A DNA stretch of 63,904 nucleotides, filler included, from Octopus bimaculoides (taxonomy: Eukaryota): assembly GCF_001194135.2 (NCBI RefSeq). It is 6 parts of 4 records of this genome, joined end to end, with 100 filler letters (N's around TTAATTAATTAA, not from the genome) between each part and the next. Parts side by side here need not be neighbours in the genome. Positions count along the whole stretch, not along the records: positions 45,258 to 56,536 come from NC_068987.1; positions 56,637 to 62,616 come from NC_068983.1; positions 62,717 to 63,904 come from NW_026295427.1; 3 more parts are not named here. One strand, 5' to 3'. Every line of letters starts with the position of its first letter. Positions within the stretch are counted from its first letter, which is position 1. The notes beneath the pieces are model-generated. The model was not told the DNA's origin. It was given only the letters and a program-made list of their open reading frames with translations, and did no database searches. The position numbers and the translations under genes were made by a program. This document shows, piece by piece, positions 53,931-63,904 of this stretch.

Positions 53931-54164
53931 TTCTTATTTCTTTACTGCCCACAAGGGCCACACACAGAGGAGACAAACAAGGACTGACAAACGGATTAAG
54001 TCAATTACATCGACCCCAGTGCGAAGCTGGTACTTAATTTATCGACCCCGAAAGGATGAAATGCAAAGTAGACCTCGGAGGAATTTGAACTCAGAACGTA
54101 AAGACAGACGAAATACTGCTAAGCATTTCGCCCGGCGTGCTAACGTTTCAGCCAGCTCACCAAC
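53931..54164 (-). mobile_element. SINE family B (B2), full length
   Basis: Head gttggtgagctggctgaaacgttagc; tail tgtgtgtggcccttgtgggcagtaaagaaat. Confidence 0.93.
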
Positions 54165-54204
54165 TTAAATTAATATTAATATTAATATTTCTGATTCCTG
54201 TTAA

Positions 54205-54416
54205 GACGGCGAATAGATGGCCGAATCGTTAGCACGCCGGGAAATTTGCTGTGCGGCATTTCGTTCGGATTTATATTCTGAGTTCAAAGTCGTCTTTGCC
54301 GTTCATTCCTTTCGAGGTCGATAAAAGAAGTGCCAGTTATACACTAGGCTCGATGTAATCAGCATATTCCCACCTTCGAAATTGTTGGCTATGTTCCAAA
54401 ATTTGAAACTAATATT
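54205..54416 (+). mobile_element. SINE family B (B1), head-to-head with 53931-54164
   Basis: gacggcgaatagatggccgaatcgttagcacgccgg...cctttcgaggtcgataaaagaagtgccagtt...ccaaaatttgaaact. Confidence 0.85.
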
Positions 54417-54711
54417 NNNNNNNNNNNNNNNNNNNNNNNNNNNNNNNNNNNNNNNNNNNNNNNNNNNNNNNNNNNNNNNNNNNNNNNNNNNNNNNNNNNN
54501 NNNNNNNNNNNNNNNNNNNNNNNNNNNNNNNNNNNNNNNNNNNNNNNNNNNNNNNNNNNNNNNNNNNNNNNNNNNNNNNNNNNNNNNNNNNNNNNNNNNN
54601 NNNNNNNNNNNNNNNNNNNNNNNNNNNNNNNNNNNNNNNNNNNNNNNNNNNNNNNNNNNNNNNNNNNNNNNNNNNNNNNNNNNNNNNNNNNNNNNNNNNN
54701 NNNNNNNNNNN

Positions 54712-54990
54712 GTTATATATATATTTGTAAGTCCTGGTGTTTTTGTTATGTATTTGTCTGAATATTTTTTTATTATACCTAAGGCACCTACTATGATAGG
54801 AATTGTTTCTGTTTTTAGATTCCACATTCGAGTTGCCTCTATTTCCAGGTCTTTGTATTTTTAAAGTTTTTCCATTTCTTTTAGGGAAACGTTGTCATCT
54901 GCTGGTATTGATACATCAATTAGAAAGCATTTTTTTCTTCATGATCTTTGACAACTATATCTGGTCTATTTGCCTTAATTTCTCTATCTG

Positions 54991-54992
<2 letters not shown>
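54712..54992 (-). mobile_element. R4/Dong-type non-LTR retrotransposon fragment: restriction-like endonuclease domain
   Basis: TDREIKANRPDIVVKDHEEK/CFLIDVSIPADDNVSLKEMEKL*KYKDLEIEATRMWNLKTETIPIIVGALGIIKKY carries the PD...D...K..KY..L motif, with one frameshift and one stop. The 5' end abuts (TAA)n; the 3' end is in a gap. Confidence 0.88.
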
Positions 54993-55032
<40 letters not shown>

Positions 55033-55557
55033 CTCACTTTCTCCCAAGAAGAAATTTAACGTTTTCAGAAGTGGATGAAGATAGGCTCTATAAGTTTAAA
55101 AATGCCTCATGCTTCACGCTTTTTGCGACGATTGCATCACTATGAATCTATCAGAAGTTGTGGAAACCAAAGAAGGAAGTGTAATCAGGTATCTGAATAA
55201 ACTAGAGAGGACTTAAGTTGTCAATGCTTACCAAAAAAGGAGAACTTGTAGACAGCCGTTGGGTTTTATTAATGTGAGGCGCGAAAAGCTTAACGTTTCG
55301 AAGCAAGCAATGTAATGCCTGTACGACAGAGCTTTTCGAAATTTAAAAAAAGTACTGTTTTGTGCCAAGAATTTTGTATCAAGAATGAATAAAAAGTTAA
55401 TTTACATTTTTACAGTTACGTATTAATTGTATGCAGATTTGTGAGCACTCAAATATACTTCACAGCCGAATATTCGCAAAAATCTAAAAATCGATCAAAA
55501 CACATTACTTGCATTATCAGCATTTGACGGATATTCGTCCTCATCTTGTCTGTTGTT

Positions 55558-55605
55558 AACACAGCGTTTCGGCTGCTACACCCTCCAGCCTTCGTCGGGT
55601 GTCTT
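55558..55605 (-). ncRNA. Degenerate minimal (Penelope-type, type I) hammerhead ribozyme, within a short repeat at ~55510-55630
   Basis: Minus strand: gacac-CCGACGA-a-ggctg-gagggtgtag-cagcc-GAAAC-GCT-gtgtt. Stem I 5 bp (one G-U), stem II 5 bp. Core U4 and U16.1 are changed to C. Confidence 0.65.
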
Positions 55606-56729
55606 GGGGAAATTTCGAACCTGGTATTTTTTTATGTCATTATTATTATGTTATAAGTACCAGAATGAGTTCCATATATTTGCAGCTGAACGCAGCGAAA
55701 AATGTACAGTAAATGTTGTCTTGTTGATTCTTTGCCTGGGAATTAAAGAGTTCAAATTTATGAAGGGTTAGCTGTGTCTTTCATCATCCACCGAGGGTCC
55801 ACTAAAGATTATTAAAACAAACAAACAATAGACTATGAAAGATAAGTAAGCAACAGTAAGTTGCGAATAAGCACTTTGCTGTGTACGAGCAGACGTGGTT
55901 TCGATTCTGCGCCAGGAACACGTAATTTCATTTCACTTATGCCGCTATTACTTTTAAGAAATGCATGAATGATATCGACGTCAGCTTTTCACCATATGCC
56001 ATCTCTCACCCACACTTTCCTATAACCTGTTCACATCGAAAGAAAGGGCCGGTCTCTTCATTCTAGCAAAGGTTTCCTTTTGCTTTGACCAAGATATTAA
56101 CTATTCATCTCGGTATAGCTCCAAATGACATTGCATCATAAGTCAAAGAAAATAGAGGTAACGCTGTCTTTCCTTGTATATGTGTGTGTGTGTGTGTCTC
56201 TTATTCACGTTCGTTCTCATTCACTCACCGATTTCTGCTTTTCTTTTTCGTTACATCTCTGTCGCCTTTTACTTTCTTTTCTTTTCTTAATCTATAATCT
56301 AAGTATTTTTCATTTACTTTTATCTCACTTTTGGTTTTTTTTCTTTATTTGTTCAGTGTGTAAGTGACTTCATTTCTTTCTTTTAGATTTTTATATAATT
56401 TATTTATTATTTTTTTTACACTATGGATGTTTCATCTCAGGTTGGCTACATTGAAAAACATAAAAACCACAAGAGAAGGAGTGACAGAGAAGAAAAGGCA
56501 GAAGATGAAAACGAAGAAGAAGAAGAAGAAGAAGAANNNNNNNNNNNNNNNNNNNNNNNNNNNNNNNNNNNNNNNNNNNNTTAATTAATTAANNNNNNNN
56601 NNNNNNNNNNNNNNNNNNNNNNNNNNNNNNNNNNNNTTTTTTTTCCTTCCTTCCCCCTCCCAAAAAGAAAAGCTCTACATTGTATTTGTCCCATCTTCGT
56701 TGAGCCCTGTGTGGCTAATAAAAGAAATG

Positions 56730-56792
<63 letters not shown>

Positions 56793-56940
56793 GTCACCTT
56801 CTGTTTATGGCTCTCTGCTCTGTTTGCCTCTGGATAACTCTCTCGCCTAACCACACATTCTCTCTATTAGGACGCCAAATGCGCCTTACGCACAAACGAT
56901 GTCTTCAAGATATCACTTGTTTGTGAAAGTAAATATATAG

Positions 56941-56994
<54 letters not shown>

Positions 56995-58579
56995 GAAAGA
57001 GAGAGAGAGAAATGGGAGAGAAACAGGGAGAGAACTAGAAAGAAAGGAGACGAGGCATGTGTAGGCATGTGTGCCTGTCTGATACCAAACATTCAACTAA
57101 ACTCAATGCGGAAGTCCGTATGTCTCCTGATATAAACCGACAATATTAGCAACTCTTCTCCTCCGCCAAATGTGCTGATATTGAACGCAATGCTGAACCT
57201 GGAGATTAAACAGTCCGATGTAAGCAAAGAAAACTCGTCTGACGTCAGGCGTCTCACTGATCTCGCAATCATTGTACTAAATATTATATAAAAATACTAA
57301 AATACGACATTTTGACATTAAATAACTGAAGACTCTCTCTAGAAGCAATGCAACCGCCATTTAAGATTGAACATACGTCCACCTGCTGCACCTTCACCGT
57401 ACTTCGTAGACACAACGTTGTAGGTATATTATATATAATCTATTAGATTAGATTAGACTGGGAATTATGCGATTACGTTAGGGCTGGCATTTTTTCATAG
57501 ATTTAGACAATAATTCAAACACTAACCAGACAAGAATTCAATTCTTAATTTCCTGTCTAAGTGCGCAGTGAATGAAAAAAGAATTCATCTGACAATTACG
57601 ATTGTTATTACTTCCATAAAGCGAAATTTATTGTCTTTGATTTATTCTTAATCTCAGATGATTACAAGTTGACCGACATCTGAATCAACCCACATAGAAG
57701 TGCACACAGACATTGTCTCAATATGAGGTCGATCGGTTGTCAGATAAGTAAACAATCAATTTGGATGTAATGTTAGAAAAAGGAAAATAAAAAAAAAAAA
57801 AAAAAAAAAAAATAAATCATGAAACTTATTGAGAGTCAGATATTAGTTTATATTTTTATGGATTAATAAGCTTTGTTTAAATTGGAAAGAAAATTAGAAA
57901 TTTATAATTTAACCATTGAACTGCCGGAGCGATTTGCTCTTTAACCGGTCAAACATTATGGTTCCATTGCAAACAAAACTATGGTACACTAGTCGTGTTG
58001 CTTCTGATTTTCCGCACGGCCAAACTGTCTTTTAAAACTAAATAACAAATGAATATCTCTCGATAAAGATTAACCTGTGAGGCCGACCTAGTGTTTTAAG
58101 TTTAAGATACATTGATTTATTGTATGAAGAGTAACTGAGAGGATATAAGTGAAATACAGTGACTTTTATCACAGACCAAACCAACCTAACCTCTAAAAAT
58201 AGTAGCTGAGGAGAATAAAAATGACCGAAAGGTAGAAAAATGTCTGCAACTTTCGAATTGTATTATGGGGATAGTAGATGGAAACGGTGAGGGTTTTGTA
58301 TTTACAAGAGCCAAAAATGATGATTGAGAAGTAGAATAGATTTAGATTGACTATTGGTTCTTGCTGCCTACTAAATCCGAGACAAAACCGATAGAATATT
58401 GCACTCAAAGACATTGTCTGCAGTATTTAGTTTCGGTGCTCTAATTTCTGAGTTCAAATTCCATTGAAGTGAATTTTGCCTTTCCCTCCCCAGATGACGA
58501 AACGATAAACACCAGCTTTATTACTGAGGCTGATTAAATAAATATTCTTAGTCACGAAGTTTTTACATTGAATATTCTC

Positions 58580-60100
58580 TGACGAAGCTGGAGACATCAT
58601 CAGTGATGTTACCGGAGATAATTAGGTGATTCGACCTCGAAGTCAGACACTCTTAACCAAGCGACCCAGGTGAAGTTGATCAAACCCAGGTTTGTGTCCA
58701 GATGGCACTACCCAGCCATGACTTTCCTTTCCTTATCTACATCACTTGAAAGCATCATCTGCTACACCAGTGGCTACCTTTATAGCTCTTCGTCTGCTTT
58801 CACTTTGTACTGTTAAGCATGTTGTAAGCACTGCTGAGCGACTTGCGTTGACTTTGCTTCGAACCTCAATGTGCTCCCACCTCGCTCACTACACGCTGTT
58901 TTGGTATATATTCCCCACTTCAGTACTCTTTACTCACTTCCATCTGTTGGCCTCCTCACTGAGGTCAGTACTCTGCCTGACCTAACTGAAGTTATGTTAC
59001 CAGCTTCTTACAACTTCAGTTACTTCTTCTGATCAACTTTCCATTCTAAGTCTTGGGCCGTTACTAGTAAACCAGAGACGTAGCCTTGACAGCTAATGTT
59101 AGCATCTCGGCTACCTTGATGAAAGCAATGGTCCTTTTGTTTTTTGTTCTTGGACAGTGACACTTTCGATGGTCAAATACACTACAGATGGTGTCCGCTA
59201 TGGCCTTCAGGACTCGTTCATGGGGCCAGTCGTAGTTTCCCTCTTACGGGTCTTTGGAAAGCTGCTGACGAGCGTTCAAGGTTCCTTATCCTTGGGCACA
59301 GAACAAAAGTTAAGAACTTGACCGTTTACCAGAAGGGCTTATTAGAATGTAAAGAGAGATTGAATTAAAAATCTTGTTCAAGAATGTTCTGCTTTCCATA
59401 GCACAGATCATGGGAGTTGCACTTCACTTCGTTCTCCGATCCTTTCCAAGCAGTTACTGCTATATTCCAACAATCCTGTTGATTCATCTGTTCTCGGTCA
59501 ACGCCTGCACCTCATTTTATTTACATCAGCAAACTTTGTCTATCTTGTCGTGAGGTGTCGTGTTTGTTACCCTAGATAACTCTTCTACGAGACATTGTGC
59601 TCCCAAGCCCCGTGTGCGTTTGCCGAAACTGTTTTTTTTTTTTTCTGCTCTGACCTCGATTCCAGCCTGAAAGACCATCAAGTTACAGAACATTTGTTAT
59701 TGCTCAACATTTCGAGTACAAATTATCATGGATTATTCCTTCAGGGCATTGATGGGGATTTTAAACTATGCATGCTAATGGTTTGCGTCCGCTATGAGGT
59801 GAATTCGAACCTGGTTTCTTCCGCTATGTCTTAATCCTGGTTTCTTCCGCTATGTCTTGCACTATCAGCAAACGTGTATTCTTGGTCTGGTGAATCATCA
59901 TCCCATTCAAGTTCTTGCACACCTCGCTGCAAAATCACTCCCTACACATCATTGCATTTCTATTTCCACGTGTTTGTAACCATTTGTCCGTCCTAACGAA
60001 ATTCTCATTCTTGTTTCTTCTCATTCAAGTTGTGTCTGTCATTTTACTTATGAGACCGAATCTACTTACATTTCACATTACCACTTCTTTCAAATTAAAC
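58580..60100 (-). mobile_element. HERO-like (REL-endonuclease) non-LTR retrotransposon, decayed, with RT domain deleted
   Basis: Motifs in order on the minus strand: E*FCSEVCKNLNGMMIHQTK (N-terminal zinc finger, 59940-59882), PGSNSPHS, then at ~59760 IPINALKE*...VFQAGIEVR, LWKAEHS*TRFLIQSL, GTL...SSFPK, YDWPHERVLKAIADTICS, TIAFIK, SGLLVTAQDLEWKVD, RRRAIK. The 3' end has the stem-loop acatca-ctga-tgatgt. The 5' boundary is approximate. Confidence 0.85.
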
Positions 60101-60484
60101 TAACAGCTACAAACTCAATGAAATCCTTATTGTCGTGAAATTGTCAATCTTCTATCGAAAAGTGTGTCCACATATCTATCATATAGACATGCTATAGAAA
60201 TTCAATCAGATTTTCAGTAGCTAATAGAAACCGGATTCGATTTTAATATTAATGAATTTTGATCGAGTAATAATACGATGAGACTTAGGTTACCCGTGTG
60301 TTTCAGAACATAATTTCCCTTGTCTCTTGCTGATGTACTCTGTTATTTAATAGAAACGACTAAATACATGGAGAGTTAGAATGTATGTTGGGATTATTAT
60401 TGAAGATTTCCAATAAATATTGTTTCTTATAACTTTTCATTGCATTATGTATAGTTGGTTACACGTTGATATTAGAAATATCGT

Positions 60485-60867
60485 AGTTGGCACTCCGTCG
60501 CTTACGACGTCGAGGGTTCCAGTTGATCCGATCAACGGAACAGCCTGCTCGTGAAATTAACGTGCAAGTGGCTGAGCACTCCACAGACACGTGTACCCTT
60601 AAGGTAGTTCTCGGGGAGATTCAGCGTGACACAGTGTGACAAGGCTAGCCCCTTTGAAATACAGGTACAACAGAAACAGGAAGAAAGAGTGAGAGAAAGT
60701 TGTGGTGAAAGAGTACAGCAGGGTTCGCCACCATCCCCTGCCGGAGCCTCGTGGAGCTTTAGGTGTTTTCGCTCAAGAAACACTCACAACGCCCGGTCTG
60801 GGAATCGAAACCGCGATCCTATGACCGCGAGTCCGCTGCCCTAACCACTGGGCCATTGCGCTTCCAC
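60485..60867 (-). mobile_element. SINE family A, least-diverged copy
   Basis: TSD agaaatatcgt at 60474-60484 and 60868-60878; tRNA-like head on the minus strand. Confidence 0.96.
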
Positions 60868-61046
60868 AGAAATATCGTTATAAGTCAACTAAAACAATTT
60901 GAACATGTCGGTTCAGTACGTTTCTGATTTCAGACGGAAAACCAATTTTGTTCCAAATAGACCAACGTTTATTGAAGGAGGGTCTCTAGAAAGGTTGCTA
61001 ACCAGAACCAAACAGACTAAACAGCCGATTGCCAGCTCTGTCGATG

Positions 61047-61140
61047 TACTGGGTCGATGTACTGGGGTCGATGTGATCGACTGTACCCTCCCCCGAATTT
61101 CAGGTCTTCTGCCTATAGTAGAAAGGATCATCATCATCAT
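61047..61140 (+). mobile_element. SINE family B1, 3' fragment with (CAT)n tail
   Basis: tactggggtcgatgtgatcgac...ccccgaatttcaggtcttctgcctatagtagaaagg. Confidence 0.75.
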
Positions 61141-61650
61141 CAGTGAGAGAGCAGTATACGCCATCAAAGGGACGCTGGTACAAGTATAAAAAGCCCAGTA
61201 TACCCATCATCATAACTACCTATCTGATAAGGGTACACCGGACACATGCACCACAACCACATGTGCACGACATGCTGATCTTGTATCATGATAAATGACA
61301 CATGACCTTGCAGGTGCGGCCCAGTTAGAATTTTCGTCAGGTCGAATAGCTCATTCCGTTCAAAAGGTTCCTGAACAAGACTTGTTTAACGATGAAGCAC
61401 GAAACTGACGTTTCCTGGGGTGAACTATTCAAACCCCACTACTTCCGCTCCTGATCGGAGATTCACATATCTTCAGCCATTTGGGGAGAAGCTCAAATAG
61501 TAAAGACCAAGCAACTGACAAGCAAATCTGTGATATTGAACGGAATATTTGCAGTAGTCCATCTTTTACTTCAAGACAAAACGTGTACATGTTAACACTT
61601 CCGATCAGTTAAGCTTAGAAGCCAGGAGGGCCACAGCCTGATATTGCATC
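61140..61650 (+). mobile_element. Interspersed repeat family H, class and true orientation unresolved
   Basis: Shares sequence with 26497-26655 in reverse orientation. It is flanked by (CAT)n and (ATT)n/(CAT)n. Confidence 0.65.
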
Positions 61651-61653
61651 AGG

Positions 61654-61654
<1 letters not shown>

Positions 61655-61703
<49 letters not shown>

Positions 61704-61718
61704 ATTATTATCATTATT

Positions 61719-61768
<50 letters not shown>

Positions 61769-61852
61769 CACCATCATCACCATCATCATCATCATCATCA
61801 TCGTCATCATCATCATCATCATCATCACCGTCATCATCATCATCATCATCAT
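61655..61852. repeat. (ATT)n/(CAT)n microsatellite
   Basis: Read directly. Confidence 0.97.
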
Positions 61853-62089
61853 GCAGTCAAGCATCGGAAAACTCATCAGGAACATAAAACTAAACGGCAG
61901 TTAACTTAGGAAAACTGCATCATAAATTCCTCTCGAAGAATTTCTTTGTTTTGAAATATATATACAATGAAATGTAAATGTTGACGCGAAGATCAATATA
62001 TTTTCTTGAATTGAATAATAAAGTATTTCTCAGAGCATTGACTAAATATTTTAATTTCCTTAGACTTGTCGTCTCTATCTGCCTATCTG

Positions 62090-62156
<67 letters not shown>

Positions 62157-63350
62157 CTTATTTTAAGAACGATGCTAATTTTCTCCTTATCGATTTTGTA
62201 TCTTTTGTTACTTAAATTTTCTCTACGAATTACAACAGTTTAGCAGAATTTTGAATGAGAATACATTTCAAGACGTTATTCTAGGCAGGATCCTCAAATG
62301 TTTCTGTTCCCTTCTCTAACAATACCAATTTCTTCATGCCACGAATCGAAAATGTCACTTACATACGTAGCTACGATTTCCATCGATCTTCTTATCGTAC
62401 GAACACATACACACACGTATGCACATACACAATACTCCGCCACCACCAGCACATATATATCTACGTATATATATTATATCTTTATCTACAGATATAATGG
62501 TAAATCTTCAACTTTTCTGGGGGTTTTTTCTTCACTTTTTGTAGTTCACTTTGTACATTCTCGCATTGTTCTGGTCTTAAGCAAAAATTCTCTTTATATA
62601 TATATATATATATATANNNNNNNNNNNNNNNNNNNNNNNNNNNNNNNNNNNNNNNNNNNNTTAATTAATTAANNNNNNNNNNNNNNNNNNNNNNNNNNNN
62701 NNNNNNNNNNNNNNNNTATACCATCTTAATATATCTAAGATTTTAATCTAAAATTTAAATTAAATACTATATTACATAAATAAATCATATAAATAAATCA
62801 AAGAAATATTAATTTAAAAAATTTAAAAGTCAAATTTATAAATTGGACAGTAAAAAATTAATACGATAATATACAGTATGGAAGTATAAATGTAAAAAGT
62901 TAGTGCTAGTACATAAACTACGCGCGTTTCATGGCTGAAAAAGGACTATATAAAATCATAAGCAAATTCTATCCGAGTTCATTAAAACGGGGAAAGGATT
63001 TTACTCCCCAAATCAATCACTCTTCAGGTCAAATCCCTAAGAAAATACCTAAAATCATTCATGAAAAATAAAAATATATATAAAGAGATAAAATCTGTAA
63101 ACTAATCCCTACGTTAACGGTATTAATATAATTAATAAGAGTTACAATCTGATAATATTGAAAAAGAGCAGTGTAGTAAACAAGGTTAAAACATTATGGA
63201 ATAAGGAGATAATATTAAGAAAATGTGTTAGTGTATAAAGTTACTAAAAGACGGATGTTAATATTGTTTATAAAATTAAAATAAGAAAAGATGACTTACC
63301 TGCCGGCGGGTAACTGTAGATTAAACCACAATGATTGTGCTATAGAATTT

Positions 63351-63795
63351 ATACTAAAAGGTTACGTGATAAATATGGCGTCTATTATCCAGAAGTACAT
63401 GCGTATTATAATTACTAAAATAATAACGAAAATATCGAAAAATAAAATGTATCTAAAATAAAAGGTTTCTTGAGGATTAAAAATACTAAAATACTTAAAC
63501 TTGCAAATTAACGCAGAGTAATAACTATACACATACGAAAATTCTATATTACGTAAATAATGCTATGAAAATTAATACTGAAAAGTCACGTGATAAACCT
63601 GGCATCCATTACCAGAGGTAAATACGTATTATAATTACTAAAATAGTAACGAAAATATCGAAAAGGAAAACCTACCTAAAATAAAAAGTTTATTGAAGAT
63701 TAGTAATACTAAAATACTTAAAACTCTCGGATTTACGCAGAATAATAACTATACCAAATACGAAAGTTATATATTACTTAAATAATGTTATGAAA
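63351..63795 (+). repeat. Two tandem ~224-bp A-rich units
   Basis: cgtgataaa at 63365 and 63589; cgtattataattactaaaata, aacgaaaatatcgaaaa and atactaaaatactta each occur twice. Confidence 0.92.
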
Positions 63796-63904
63796 CATTG
63801 TAGAAGACTGCCCATATTATCGTTGAATACTTAAAGTAAAGGTAGTTATATGTCCCAATTTTGTATAATATTGTGATGATTAAAGTGTATTCTAAAGCTA
63901 ATTT

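Noticed and set aside
57343-57423. 81-nt AG/GT-bounded segment (AMQPPFKIEHTSTCCTFTVLRRHNVV), phase-compatible with the 18292 donor
   Set aside because: Splice sites are only moderate and phase compatibility has a 1-in-3 chance, so it is kept only as a site to inspect in RNA-seq.
58575-58650. tct-CTGACGA...CGAAGTC-aga hammerhead-like pattern on the plus strand
   Set aside because: GAAAC is incomplete, stem II does not form, and the sequence is explained as the antisense of the HERO-like 3' end.

Overview
AT-rich, microsatellite-dense eukaryotic genomic DNA from a gapped draft assembly: about 25 N-gaps totalling roughly 5.4 kb, five of them artificial 44N-TTAATTAATTAA-44N joins. The repeat families look like octopus (probably Octopus sp.); this is inferred from repeat content and was not database-checked. 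I cannot support any complete protein-coding gene, rRNA, true tRNA gene or CRISPR array. Most ORFs in the track are translations of microsatellites or N-runs. What the sequence does support: (1) several tRNA-derived SINE families, labelled A-G here as my own labels, in many copies, some with clear 11-bp TSDs and nested insertions; (2) DNA-transposon relics (a mariner MITE, an internally deleted maT-like element, a hAT-type MITE); (3) non-LTR retrotransposon fragments (Tx1/L1, a probable RTE 3' end with two intact C2H2 fingers, a Dong/R4-type endonuclease beside (TAA)n, and a HERO-like element lacking its whole RT domain); (4) two degenerate minimal hammerhead-ribozyme motifs of Penelope type; (5) one well-formed candidate 112-nt exon with a tandem copy that has lost both splice sites; (6) several local tandem duplications, including a 159-bp satellite built on a SINE core. 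The window is best read as intronic or intergenic sequence. I see no clear novel multi-gene system. All family assignments rest on remembered motifs and manual alignment.
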